From NCBI GenBank assembly GCA_017444385.1, contig JAFSWQ010000008.1, positions 5,004 to 69,003 on the forward strand: a stretch of DNA of 64,000 nt, given 5' to 3'. Below are positions 38,301 through 46,125 of this stretch, piece by piece. The notes beneath the pieces are model-generated. The model had not been told where the DNA came from and searched no databases. It was given only the letters and a program-made list of their open reading frames with translations. Origin of the DNA: Clostridia bacterium. GTDB taxonomy: Bacteria; Bacillota; Clostridia; Christensenellales; CAG-1252. How positions within the stretch are numbered: the first letter of the stretch is position 1; each line of letters starts with the position of its first letter. The position numbers and the translations under genes are program-made.

Positions 38301-39490
38301 TTAGGTCGCTAAACGCCGACGATAGATTTTTCCTTTGTTACGTCACCTCTAAATATATCGACAAAACGGGGGACGCGGGAATCCTCAACCGCAAAACCCC
38401 GTTTATAACGAGCGAACCGCTAAAAGAGGGCGAGATATCCCGCTACGAAATACCCACCCTAAAAAGAAGTTCGGAAAGCGTCAGAGAACACCTCAAACGC
38501 GCTCTTCTTTCGGGGCTTGACTTCGGCGAACACGACCTACTCAAAGTCCACGGCGGCGACTGGAACGACGGACTTGATAGGATAGGCGTTATGGGTAGAG
38601 GGGAAAGCGTATGGTTATCCGAATTCGCCTATCTCACCGTCGTAAAGTGCCTTGATTATTTCGACGGGGAAACCAAAAACCTCCTTCTTAACGCTTTAAG
38701 CCGCTTAAAAAAGGGGATAAACAAGGCGTTTTTCGGGGATAGGTTCATAGCCTATTACGACGACGAGGGCAATCCCGTGGGGCATAAGGACGGCGAAGAA
38801 TGTTCGTTATACCTTCTAACGCAGGCGTTCGCGCCTCTTTCTTCGGCGGTGGAAGAGGAAGTTTGCTTTGCGGCGATAAATACGGCGAAGAAACTCTACG
38901 ACGCGGAAAAACGCATATTGAAATTGTTTTATCCGCCTTTCAAAGAGAGTAGTAAATACGGATATATCGGCGATTATCCCTCGGGCGTCAGGGAAAACGG
39001 CGGGCAGTACACGCACGCCGCGGTATGGTACGCGCGCGCTCTTTTCGATTTGGGGTTAAACGACGAAGGTTACGAGATAATATCCTCGATAAATCCCCTT
39101 AAACGCTGTTCGGACGAGAGGGAAACCGAACGCTACAAAGGAGAGCCTTACGTTTTACCGGCGGACGTTTATTCGACGGGCGAATGCGGTTGGACTTGGT
39201 ACACGGGTAGCGCGGCTTGGTACTACGTCACGGTCGTTGAGAGTATGCTAGGCGTTACTTTCGACCACGGTAAAATCAAGTTCAGACCTCGACTTCCGTC
39301 ATCTATGGACGAAGCTTTTCTTCGCTTGAAACTCAAAGATACCGTGCATTTAATTACGATAAAAAAATCGATAGTAAATAAGCTCACCGTGAACGGCGTA
39401 GAGTATAAAAAAGAGTATTTTCAGCCTGAAAAACGAGAGGGCGAGGTCAATATAGTGGTGGAATATAAAGAAAAAGAAAAGAATATTTGA
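32378..39490 (+). CDS. giant multidomain glucan synthase/phosphorylase-like protein (GT84-type cyclic beta-1,2-glucan synthase N-terminal/middle part plus a GH94-type phosphorylase C-terminus)
   Basis: Single 2370-aa ORF with several TM helices (aa 1-25, ~340-380, ~700-860). GT-A-like ILDEDNE and FRWQRGD motifs. C-terminal HGGDWNDGLD and ENGGQYTHAAVWY motifs, recalled from GH94 cellobiose/chitobiose phosphorylases. Confidence 0.7.
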   Translation: MIYAIIVLSTATVVFGICAVIFKNAYPVVFENFERLVEGIKTVERGGRGLNLSKYRRILKNAQKSISAKDRKDTYSFEKWIVDNYFVVYEALKRVNLRSLPHVQGVPRVYLIAEFFVANEMGKAENFISFVKDLERTVSLDFSEIVALPTALKIAEAVAVVTAAEYSLRFDKEKRELSGKESLNDKTPSYVSFYAEKYEVEDSFLSFVREAKESFVSLQIYLERKTSVAVENIKNVYKVSVLRTYETLCSSNSQLKNTDNYDDLSRPTQIEYLRRISEISNALNVPESAVCESAIFLSRSLKEDVSRVLFDKKLLKNYIEKGKIKREKNRKKPVYIALVFILAGVIGLSPLTLSRTLLDIVFSIVLFICSIKPMELLLKRLFSLAKKPPVFAMGYKKVPENAETVVVVPIYVSGEEGLKSGYEKIRALSFNTSDERVQYCLLVDLPKSREEKTTLDETLLTYAKTLFEKDDRVIVYVRKKSEEDGVFLGKERKRGALLDFFESEISGNTDKFLYCSKKLTGAKFAVILDEDNEILPDTILNSINTFLHPYNADYDLLSYGAKINKYSITTIYSKRYSEDGSVDCYPCYNDFYADVFGEAVFCGKGIIKISSFYRKVLDAFPEKRILSHDIIEGATAKCGSLRQSIFEDAPQNFKADVTRTFRWQRGDVLLLPYLSRRVIDANNEKRSNNISGIYKLIILVNGLEPIRNTLLLALAFLACFAKAYHLLGFLALSTSLPFLIDGLRSLKFGKVRLRYILRDLGRLFSHAFERFFFLPFYAVEGARVFFSTIFGSAFSKKSLINWTPYKNTQKKNGLLAYVRLFAPSKVVMSILGVLSFDPYFLAFAAVYVLYAFIVYKGGTIGIKHDEREQTTLKEVGKATFDFFAKTLVNDLPRDNIQISPKTKQTFMTSPTDVGFYLMSLVCGVELGYISAKIADERIEKTLTRLDSLEKYRGHLYNWYDVETLKPLPPKRISSADSGNFTACMTVVREYFKRKGDEKRALGVKSYLSPDYSFLFDNDKRLLNIAYYVDENRAEGVYDIFESEARLAYYVAISLGIPSEAWFNLGRSFIKDYGNTRLSWGGSLFEYLMPSIFLKPPFYSMQYKSERNAFYIHKKKTGLWGASESCFNAFDAETRYKYELHGNGKLSMKYDLIETVYSPYSACLCLPYSRGEVGEVLREYISLGGFTERGLVESWDGKKIDVYMTHHQGMILAAITNYLCDDAVSELFFAADEMRALRLINAEPYERASGYLKNYKRKEYAEKSLPKVYGDNLSPYATLLTDGAFSSFNTADGESRISLNNLLLSPVYDNPNRLSGRSLVFEKGGVKYDPLSSCSVILGGDSFERIGEEAKEKVKLIPETRGEIRRIRIKGKSDERIDLSYYFDVCLQTPDETHSHRGFYDLFVTSKVSENYAVYRRKNLDNVAVIVKVIGLDDLAINTNKQNVLERNNTFLESRLTVSNDKYPSSGDVVFPCFACKGGVDIKENEEKDVYILTVFAETIDECERIAERYDEERLKYSFDLFDVDKSNIIKETIAENFSKEGAELLYKIFKTPFSEDYLIDDKFDGKYRILYSRKKSSSTIEEALTAVASLKYLSFPAVLHTVEPIIKGLPVEISNEISGSFYYSFGEEVERRVKIPVRKLPKQRGKREGLFSGEGYVREGAYEVESKGENTLRPYSNVICDKSVGAIVTENGGGFSFADNSRGRKFTEWYNDVFLDTPSEDVLIYINGRFYRLNSSSSVCTHYAEKTEFVATIEGIRFALSIYCENGRIVKCVKALGKNARFCVIFGYRFSLDWKESRAVYCKEKDLGRMVLFNKESKMQAVLTLTDGVPFAGESNLLKALKGEPFGFSGGYFGLYVFGLSCENKISSYVCGLYKKEFKSGKKKTNETYLKTNDAYLDLLFNDWLYKQFYDCRFLSRASFYQCGGGYGFRDQLQDSLALLYSSEETVLNHILDCCSHQYVEGDVMHWWHPPRTGVRSLNADDRFFLCYVTSKYIDKTGDAGILNRKTPFITSEPLKEGEISRYEIPTLKRSSESVREHLKRALLSGLDFGEHDLLKVHGGDWNDGLDRIGVMGRGESVWLSEFAYLTVVKCLDYFDGETKNLLLNALSRLKKGINKAFFGDRFIAYYDDEGNPVGHKDGEECSLYLLTQAFAPLSSAVEEEVCFAAINTAKKLYDAEKRILKLFYPPFKESSKYGYIGDYPSGVRENGGQYTHAAVWYARALFDLGLNDEGYEIISSINPLKRCSDERETERYKGEPYVLPADVYSTGECGWTWYTGSAAWYYVTVVESMLGVTFDHGKIKFRPRLPSSMDEAFLRLKLKDTVHLITIKKSIVNKLTVNGVEYKKEYFQPEKREGEVNIVVEYKEKEKNI

Positions 39491-39547
39491 TAAACTAAAA
39501 TATATCCCTTTACAAAAAAAGGCAAAAATGGTAAAATCTCTATTACG

Positions 39548-40837
39548 ATGGATCTATTTGATTTTGCGGAACGTAAGGATAATAAACCCCTTGCCGATAG
39601 GCTTCGTCCCACCTCTTTCGATAATTTCGTGGGACAAAAGCACCTCGTGGGCGCGGGTAGTTTGTTGAGAAGGGCTATAACCGCCGACAGGCTCGGCAGT
39701 TGTATTTTTTACGGTCCGCCGGGTACGGGTAAAACCACTTTGGCTAACATAATCGCAAATCAAACGAGTTCCTATTTCGCCAAATTGAACGCGGTCACCT
39801 CGGGTGTTGCGGACGCTAAAGCGATAATCGAAAAGGCGGTCGAGAATAAAAAACTCTACGGACGAAAAACATATCTTTTGCTCGACGAGTGCCACCGTTG
39901 GAATAAGGCGCAAAGCGATTGCGTGTTGGGCGCTATAGAGAGCGGGGATATAATTTTCGTAGGCTCAACCACCGAAAATCCCTATACCTCTATGACCAAG
40001 GCTATCGTTTCGCGTTGTAGAATTTTCGAATTCCGCAAACTTTCAGAGGACGATATCGTCGTCGCTCTCAAAAACGCGCTTGTTTCCGATAAAGGTCTAT
40101 TAGAGTACAACGTAACTTGCGACGACAAAGTTTTACGTCATTTCGCTTGGGCGGCGGGCGGCGACCTTCGCTCCGCATTGAACGCGTTGGAACTCGCCGT
40201 ACTCACCACCGAGCCCGACAAAGACGGCAAAATAATCGTTGATATGGAAACCGCCGAGCAGTCCATACAGCAACCCTCGCTGTCTGTTGACGAAAGTTTG
40301 TATTACGATATGATCTCGGCGTTTATAAAGAGTATGAGAGGCTCGGACGCGGACGCCGCGCTCTTTTGGTCGGAAAGGCTTATTCAAGCGGGTTGCGATC
40401 CTTTGCTTATCCTTCGCCGCGTTATGATACACGCTTCGGAAGACGTGGGCATGGCGGATCCCCGCGCCCTCGTGGTCGCCACGAGCGCTATGACGGCGTT
40501 CACTCATTTAGGGCTTCCCGAAGGCCGTATTCCTATGGCGGAAGCGATAATCTACGTTGCGGAAGCGAGCAAATCCAATTCGGTGGTCACCGCGCTTGAA
40601 AGGGCGGAAAAGTCGGCGAAAGCGCACGCGGCGTCAGCCGTACCCTTACCGTTACGCGACGTCAATTACAAAACAGAAGAGATCAAGGGCTATAAATATC
40701 CTCATTCTTACGGCGGTTGGGTGGAACAGCAATACTTGCCCGACGAAGCTAAGGACGACGTTTACTACGAGCCTTCCGATAACGGATATGAAAAGACGCT
40801 CGTTAGAGCGAAAGTGATAAAAGGTAATAAAGGATGA
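39548..40837 (+). CDS. rarA: replication-associated recombination protein A (AAA+ ATPase)
   Basis: LRPTSFDNFVGQKHL, Walker A GPPGTGKTTLA, Walker B LLLDECHRWNK. Confidence 0.9.
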   Translation: MDLFDFAERKDNKPLADRLRPTSFDNFVGQKHLVGAGSLLRRAITADRLGSCIFYGPPGTGKTTLANIIANQTSSYFAKLNAVTSGVADAKAIIEKAVENKKLYGRKTYLLLDECHRWNKAQSDCVLGAIESGDIIFVGSTTENPYTSMTKAIVSRCRIFEFRKLSEDDIVVALKNALVSDKGLLEYNVTCDDKVLRHFAWAAGGDLRSALNALELAVLTTEPDKDGKIIVDMETAEQSIQQPSLSVDESLYYDMISAFIKSMRGSDADAALFWSERLIQAGCDPLLILRRVMIHASEDVGMADPRALVVATSAMTAFTHLGLPEGRIPMAEAIIYVAEASKSNSVVTALERAEKSAKAHAASAVPLPLRDVNYKTEEIKGYKYPHSYGGWVEQQYLPDEAKDDVYYEPSDNGYEKTLVRAKVIKGNKG

Positions 40838-41247
40838 AAAGAATTCTCGCTATCGACTACGGCGAAGTGCGTATCGGTTTCGCGTATAGCGATACGCTGG
40901 GTATTTCGGCAAATCCGCTCGAAACCTACAAAGCCAAGCACACCGATCAAGACTTCGAGTACATAAGAGATATCGTCAAAAAGTTAGATATAGGCAAGAT
41001 AGTTTTCGGTCTTCCTTTGAATATGGACGGCACCGAGGGCGATAGGGTGATAAAAACCCGCGAGTTTGCCGAGAAACTCGCAGAGTACGTTAGTGTGCCA
41101 TTCGATTGGCAGGACGAAAGGCTCTCGTCGGTCACGGCGGAAGACGCGCTTATAGAGCAGGGCGTAAGGCGTGAAAAAAGAAAAAACGTCATCGACAAGG
41201 TGGCGGCGGTAGTTATATTAAGGTCTTATTTGGATAGGACGAATTAA
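40834..41247 (+). CDS. ruvX: putative pre-16S rRNA nuclease / Holliday junction resolvase-like YqgF
   Basis: ILAIDYGEVRIGFAYSD N-terminus, 137 aa. Followed by DUF1292, as in Bacillus yrrK-yrzB. Confidence 0.85.
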   Translation: MKRILAIDYGEVRIGFAYSDTLGISANPLETYKAKHTDQDFEYIRDIVKKLDIGKIVFGLPLNMDGTEGDRVIKTREFAEKLAEYVSVPFDWQDERLSSVTAEDALIEQGVRREKRKNVIDKVAAVVILRSYLDRTN

Positions 41248-41257
41248 GGAGGTAATT

Positions 41258-41626
41258 ATGATAGATACCGGTAAGAATAAAGAAGAGTTCTACGACGACG
41301 AAATAGACGTGGTAAATATACCCGACGAATCGGGCAAAGAAGTGCCTTTTGAGATCGTTAAGGTCATTAGATTCGAGGATAAGGATTACGCTATCCTTCA
41401 TCCGTTGGAACATTACAAAGGTCTCGACGACGATTCTTGCGCCATTTGCGAAATGGTTATGGACGCGGACGGCGAGTCGGTCAACCTCATTCCCGAAGAC
41501 GACGACGATATTTGCGACAGCGTTTACGCTTTGTACGTGGAATGGGCGACCATGCAGGGAAGTTGCAGCGGTAATTGCGAGGGTTGCTCGGGATGCGACG
41601 ATCCCGACGATCCCGAAGACAAATAA
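41258..41626 (+). CDS. DUF1292 (YrzB-like) protein with a Cys-rich acidic tail
   Basis: The acidic small-protein pattern DESGKEVPFEIV...FEDKDYAILHP is typical of DUF1292. Extra C-terminus CSGNCEGCSGCDDPDDPEDK. Confidence 0.7.
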   Translation: MIDTGKNKEEFYDDEIDVVNIPDESGKEVPFEIVKVIRFEDKDYAILHPLEHYKGLDDDSCAICEMVMDADGESVNLIPEDDDDICDSVYALYVEWATMQGSCSGNCEGCSGCDDPDDPEDK

Positions 41627-41650
41627 TAAATTATTGATAAGGGGTGAAAT

Positions 41651-42121
41651 ATGTCCAAAGTAAAATGCGGTCAATGCGATAAAAAATATCCGTCCGGATA
41701 TAACTTCTGCCCTCATTGCGGGAATCCTCTCGCGGGGGAAGAAGCGGTCGAATACTTAAAAGAGAGCGATTTTCCTTTTTCGACGGGCTTCGAGATCATG
41801 ATGGTTCGCGGAAATATTCCCTGGATAGGTTCGCTACATAATTGCAAGGATCCTAACGTAAGGTTGCCCGAAGAATACGATTGCAGAAGAGTTAAGGGCA
41901 TAGCGCACGACGCTTTCAGTAAAACCAACGTCAAGAGCGTTTATATACCCGTTACGTATAAGTTTATCGGACAGGACGCTTTTTTCTCTTGTAAAAAATT
42001 GGATACGATAGTTTACGGCGGCAGCAAAAGCCAATGGAAGCGCCTTTTTAAAAAGGACGGCTGGTGCAACGGCTCGTCTTTCGTGGTCGTTTGTAAAGAC
42101 GGTATTATCCGTTATTGTTAG
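41651..42121 (+). CDS. zinc-ribbon plus BspA-type leucine-rich-repeat (LRR_5-like) protein
   Basis: N-terminal KCGQCDKK...CPHCGNPL zinc ribbon. IAHDAFSKTNVKSVYIP...IGQDAFFSCKKLDTIVY LRR pattern. Paralog of the next gene. Confidence 0.7.
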   Translation: MSKVKCGQCDKKYPSGYNFCPHCGNPLAGEEAVEYLKESDFPFSTGFEIMMVRGNIPWIGSLHNCKDPNVRLPEEYDCRRVKGIAHDAFSKTNVKSVYIPVTYKFIGQDAFFSCKKLDTIVYGGSKSQWKRLFKKDGWCNGSSFVVVCKDGIIRYC

Positions 42122-42132
42122 AAAGGTGAGTT

Positions 42133-42603
42133 ATGCCTTTAATAAAATGCGTAGATTGTAAAAAGAAAATATCTTCGTCCGCCGAGAAGTGCCCCTTTTG
42201 CGGTTGTCCCGTTTCGGTCGTAAAAGATAATACCCCCTCGGATAAATTGAAGAAATCTCTCGAACCTTCAAGAGGGCTTCAATTCGCTTTGATAAAAGGT
42301 AGATATTTCGTAACGGGGTTAGGCTCGTGCGAAGATACCGACGTGGTCATTCCTTCCGAACACGACTGTAAAAAGGTCGTCGCAATCGCGGATAACGCGT
42401 TTAGATTCGCGGAGATAACGAGCGTTTATATCCCCAAATCTATCGTAAGGATCGGCTATTGCGCGTTCGAGGGTTGCCACGAATTGAAGAAGATAATTTA
42501 CGAAGGCAGTAAAGCGAGTTGGGGCTGTATCCGTCGCGACGAGTATTGGTGCTATAACTCTTCTTTCGACCTCGTTTGCAAAAACGCTACCTTGCACTTC
42601 TAA
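42133..42603 (+). CDS. zinc-ribbon plus BspA-type leucine-rich-repeat (LRR_5-like) protein
   Basis: KCVDCKKK...CPFCGCPV zinc ribbon. IADNAFRFAEITSVYIP...IGYCAFEGCHELKKIIY. Same 156-aa length and architecture as 41651..42121. Confidence 0.7.
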   Translation: MPLIKCVDCKKKISSSAEKCPFCGCPVSVVKDNTPSDKLKKSLEPSRGLQFALIKGRYFVTGLGSCEDTDVVIPSEHDCKKVVAIADNAFRFAEITSVYIPKSIVRIGYCAFEGCHELKKIIYEGSKASWGCIRRDEYWCYNSSFDLVCKNATLHF

Positions 42604-42656
42604 ACCTTGCACTTCAAAAAAGATTGAAAATCGGTTGAAATTTTGCGATTAAACGT

Positions 42657-42685
42657 TTGCCAAACGCAATTTTCTATGATATTAT
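42657..42685 (+). promoter_or_regulatory. candidate rpsB promoter, followed by a ~95-nt structured leader
   Basis: TTGCCA (42657-42662), 17 nt, TGaTATTAT (42677-42685). The leader has CCGCGTA...TATGCGG pairing around an inner GC-rich hairpin, which may be an S2 autoregulatory leader. Confidence 0.45.
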
Positions 42686-42782
42686 TTATAAAGATTAAAA
42701 ATAGCACCGCGTATTAGCCTCGACTGTTGCCACTGGTTGTAGGGGCGTTGTATGCGGGAAGATTAAACAGGAGGAATTAAAA

Positions 42783-43556
42783 ATGGCAGTAGTAACAATG
42801 AAGTCTTTGCTTGAAGCGGGCGTTCACTTCGGTCACCAAACTCGTAGTTGGAACCCCAAAATGGCTAAGTACATCTTCACCGCTCGTAACGGAGTACACA
42901 TCATCAACCTCGAAAACACCGTGGTTGAGATCGAAAAAGCGTACGCTTTCGTTATGAACACGATCAAGGATCGCAAGGACGCGACCGTTCTCTTCGTAGG
43001 TACCAAGAAACAAGCTCACGAGGCTATCAAATCCGAAGCCACTCGTTGCGGTATGTTCTATATCAACGAAAGATGGTTGGGCGGCTTGCTCACCAACTTC
43101 AAAACCATCAAGACCCGTATCGACAGACTTAACAGCATCAACGCTAAGGAAGCGAGCGGCGAGTTGAATCTTCTCACCAAGAAGGAAGCGGCTCTTCTTA
43201 TCAAAGAACGCGACGAACTCGAAAAGAACTTGGGCGGTATCAAGACCATGACCAGACTTCCCGATATCATCTTCGTTATCGATATCGAAAAGGAACACCT
43301 CGCGGTCGAAGAAGGTCGTAAACTCGGTATACCCATCGTAGCACTCGTTGATACGAAGTGTAATCCCGACTTGGTCGATTACGTTATCCCCGGCAACGAC
43401 GACGCTATCCGCGCGGTCAAGCTCATCACCGCAACCATCGCTAACGCGGTCATCGAAGGACGCGACGGCGTTCAATTCGAAGTTTCCGACGAGGACGACG
43501 AAGAAGTTTCGGAAGAAGTTCTTGAAGAAAGCGAAAACAAAGACGACGAAGAGTAA
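42783..43556 (+). CDS. rpsB: 30S ribosomal protein S2
   Basis: [20 protein letters not shown]-terminus, with an acidic C-terminal tail. rpsB-tsf-pyrH-frr synteny. Confidence 0.97.
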   Translation: MAVVTMKSLLEAGVHFGHQTRSWNPKMAKYIFTARNGVHIINLENTVVEIEKAYAFVMNTIKDRKDATVLFVGTKKQAHEAIKSEATRCGMFYINERWLGGLLTNFKTIKTRIDRLNSINAKEASGELNLLTKKEAALLIKERDELEKNLGGIKTMTRLPDIIFVIDIEKEHLAVEEGRKLGIPIVALVDTKCNPDLVDYVIPGNDDAIRAVKLITATIANAVIEGRDGVQFEVSDEDDEEVSEEVLEESENKDDEE

Positions 43557-43571
43557 TTTGGAGGAATTATT

Positions 43572-44228
43572 ATGGCATTCACCGTTAAAGATATTGCAGA
43601 ATTAAAAGAAAAAACCGGAGTAGGTCTCTCGGATTGTAAGAAAGCGTTGGTAGAAGCCGACGGCGATATGGAAAAAGCTATCGAGATCCTTCGTAAGAAA
43701 GGTATGGCTTCCGCTAAAAAGAAAGAAGGCAGAGTAGCCGCCGAAGGTATCGTTGACAGCTATATTCACATGGGCGGTAAAATCGGCGTTTTGGTCGAAG
43801 TTAACTGCGAAACCGACTTCGTCGCTCGTAACGACAATTTCAGAGCGTTCGTTCACGACGTAGCCCTTCAAATCGCTGCTTCCAGCCCCGTTTACGTTGC
43901 TGAAGAAGACGTCCCCGCCGACGTTCTCGAGCATGAAAAAGAGATTTTGAGAGAGCAAGCCAGAAACGAAGGCAAGCCCGAAAAGATCATCGAGAGAATG
44001 GTAGAAGGCAGAGTTAAAAAGTTCTACGAAGATTTCGTTCTTTTGGATCAAGCGTTCGTTAAAGATCCTTCCATCACCATCAAGGATTATCTTAACAACA
44101 CCATTCAATCCACCGGCGAAAAGGTCACCATCAGACGTTTCTGCCGTTTCGCAATGGGCGAAGGTATCGAGAAGAAAGTCGACACCACGATGGACGAGAT
44201 TCAAAGCGCTCTCGACCAAGTTAAATAA
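43572..44228 (+). CDS. tsf: translation elongation factor Ts (short form)
   Basis: ELKEKTGVGLSDCKKALVEADGDMEKAIEILRKKG UBA-like N-terminus. Confidence 0.95.
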   Translation: MAFTVKDIAELKEKTGVGLSDCKKALVEADGDMEKAIEILRKKGMASAKKKEGRVAAEGIVDSYIHMGGKIGVLVEVNCETDFVARNDNFRAFVHDVALQIAASSPVYVAEEDVPADVLEHEKEILREQARNEGKPEKIIERMVEGRVKKFYEDFVLLDQAFVKDPSITIKDYLNNTIQSTGEKVTIRRFCRFAMGEGIEKKVDTTMDEIQSALDQVK

Positions 44229-44238
44229 TTTCAATTAC

Positions 44239-44270
44239 GAAAGGCTGTGATTTGCAGCCTTTCATTTTAT
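44239..44270 (+). terminator. intrinsic terminator after tsf
   Basis: GAAAGGCTG-TGATTTG-CAGCCTTTC 9-bp stem followed by ATTTTAT. Confidence 0.6.
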
Positions 44271-44286
44271 ACTTACGGATATTATT

Positions 44287-44991
44287 ATGGAAAAAGCAGT
44301 CTATAAAAGAGTATTGATTAAAATAAGCGGCGAAGCGTTATCCAAAGACGGTAATCCCTTGGACGACGGCATCATCGCGGGCGTCGTCTCTCAAATCAAG
44401 AAGATAAGAGAGATGGGCGTTGAAGTTGGTATCGTCATAGGCGGCGGCAACTTCTGGCGCGGTAGACAAGGCAAATCTATGGATCGCTCGACAGCCGACC
44501 ATATGGGTATGCTCGCCACCGTAATCAACGCGTTGGCGCTTCAAGACGCCTTCGAAAAAGAGGGTTTGCAAACCCGCGTTATGACCGCCCTTGAAATTGC
44601 GAGAGTAGCCGAGCCTTACATCCAAAGACGCGCGGTTCGCCATCTCGAAAAGGGTAGAGTGGTCATATTCGCTTGCGGAACGGGTAACCCGTACTTCTCG
44701 ACCGACACAGGCGCGGCGTTGAGAGCCAACGAGATAGGCGCGGAAGTAATGCTTCTCGCCAAAAACGTCGACGCGGTTTATACCGCCGATCCCAAGAAAG
44801 ATCCCAACGCGAAGCGCATAACCGATATGCCTTATATAGACCTTTTGGCGCACAACCTCACGGTTATGGACGCCGCCGCGGTGAGCTTGTGTATGGAAAA
44901 CAAACTGCCCGTATTAGTGTTCGGTCTTAACGTCGAAGACGGTATCGTCAAAGCCTGCAAAGGCGAAAACCTCGGCACGCTTATCCATTAA
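44287..44991 (+). CDS. pyrH: UMP kinase
   Basis: KRVLIKISGEAL and IVIGGGNFWRG motifs. Confidence 0.95.
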   Translation: MEKAVYKRVLIKISGEALSKDGNPLDDGIIAGVVSQIKKIREMGVEVGIVIGGGNFWRGRQGKSMDRSTADHMGMLATVINALALQDAFEKEGLQTRVMTALEIARVAEPYIQRRAVRHLEKGRVVIFACGTGNPYFSTDTGAALRANEIGAEVMLLAKNVDAVYTADPKKDPNAKRITDMPYIDLLAHNLTVMDAAAVSLCMENKLPVLVFGLNVEDGIVKACKGENLGTLIH

Positions 44992-45022
44992 ACCCGCTTT
45001 TAAGCATAATTTTTCAACCGAA

Positions 45023-45047
45023 AGTCCCTATATTAGGGGCTTTTTTT
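45023..45047 (+). terminator. intrinsic terminator after pyrH
   Basis: AGTCCCTA-TAT-TAGGGGCT stem (one U-G pair) followed by a T7 run. Confidence 0.7.
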
Positions 45048-45053
45048 ATAGAG

Positions 45054-45240
45054 AATAACGGCGTATTTAAAACGAATCACACCTTATTTAAAACGAATCA
45101 CGCCGTATTTAAAAGAATAACTGCGTATTTAAAACGAATCACGACTTGTTTAATAGATTCACAACTTGTTTGAAAAGTATCACGACATATTTATAAAGAA
45201 TCACGCCGTATTTAAAAAATCACGTCGTATTTATAAAAAA
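45054..45240 (+). repeat. nine tandem direct repeats of ~21 bp (iteron-like array)
   Basis: Units start at 45054, 45075, 45096, 45116, 45137, 45157, 45178, 45199 and 45218. Consensus AATCACGNCGTATTTAAAACG, containing the ACGnCGT mini-palindrome. No spacers. Confidence 0.9.
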
Positions 45241-45281
45241 CAAAACCCAATTATGTCGTTATAACCTCTATTCTTCTTTTT

Positions 45282-45375
45282 CGTCATCCTGAGCTTGTCG
45301 AAGGATCTCAATCCGACTTAAAAGAATTGCGCTTCGGGTTAGGGAATGTTTCGACTACGCTCAACGTGACGGTAC
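45282..45375. repeat. inverted S / hybrid S-A doublet
   Basis: S(+) CGTCATCCTGAGCTTGTCGAAGGATC at 45282-45307. The reverse-oriented unit at 45329-45375 combines the A-type stem (GTT/AAC) with the S-type tail CCCTAACCCGAAGCGC. Confidence 0.85.
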
Positions 45376-45479
45376 AAAACGTTTCATTCATCTTTAAGAA
45401 TCCTACCTCTTGAAAAGTAATCAAATATTTGATTTATACGCATTTAGAATTTTGCTTATTATAAAAAAGTAAAAAATTC

Positions 45480-45508
45480 TTGAATTCTATTATATTTTTT
45501 GTTATAAT
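45480..45508 (+). promoter_or_regulatory. candidate frr promoter
   Basis: TTGAAT (45480-45485), 17 nt, TGtTATAAT (45500-45508). Confidence 0.55.
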
Positions 45509-45549
45509 GTAAAAGTATAATTATATACAATTTATAATCGAGGTGAATT

Positions 45550-46125
45550 ATGGATTACGAAATTATGGAAGTACTCGAACTATTTGACGAATACGAAACT
45601 CAAATGAAGAAAGCGATAGACTCTTACGTAGCCGCCCTTATGGAAATCCGCGCGGGCAGAGCCAACCCCCATCTTCTCGATAAGATAAAGGTCAACGCTT
45701 ACGGCGTGGACAGCCCTTTGAAATCGGTCGCCAATATCAACGTAGCCGAGGCAAGACTTATCGTTATCACCGTATGGGATCCTTCTTTGCTCAAAACCGT
45801 TGAGAAAGCCATTCTCGATTCCAATATCGGCATAACCCCAAATAACGACGGTAGAGTTATTCGTTTGGTATTCCCCGAACTTACCCAAGAGAGAAGACTT
45901 CAACTCGTCAAAGAGATCAAGGTCGGCTGCGAAAATACCAAAGTACAATTGAGAAACGCTCGTCGAGACGCTAACGAACTTTGCAAGAAATTGAAAAAGA
46001 ACAACGTCATCACCGAAGACGACGAAAAAGACATTCTCAAAGAGATAGACAAACTTCTCGCCGACAACGTTGCTAAGGTCGACGTTATCTGCAAGGAAAA
46101 AGAAAACGAAGTTACCAGTGTCTAA
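45550..46125 (+). CDS. frr: ribosome recycling factor
   Basis: IRAGRANPHLLD, ITPNNDGRVIRL and QLRNARRDAN motifs. Confidence 0.95.
   Translation: MDYEIMEVLELFDEYETQMKKAIDSYVAALMEIRAGRANPHLLDKIKVNAYGVDSPLKSVANINVAEARLIVITVWDPSLLKTVEKAILDSNIGITPNNDGRVIRLVFPELTQERRLQLVKEIKVGCENTKVQLRNARRDANELCKKLKKNNVITEDDEKDILKEIDKLLADNVAKVDVICKEKENEVTSV

Noticed and set aside
45054-45240. The 21-bp tandem array considered as a CRISPR array or as coding sequence.
   Set aside because: The repeats are contiguous with no spacers, so it is not CRISPR. Stop codons occur in all frames and the sequence is very AT-rich, so it is not coding.
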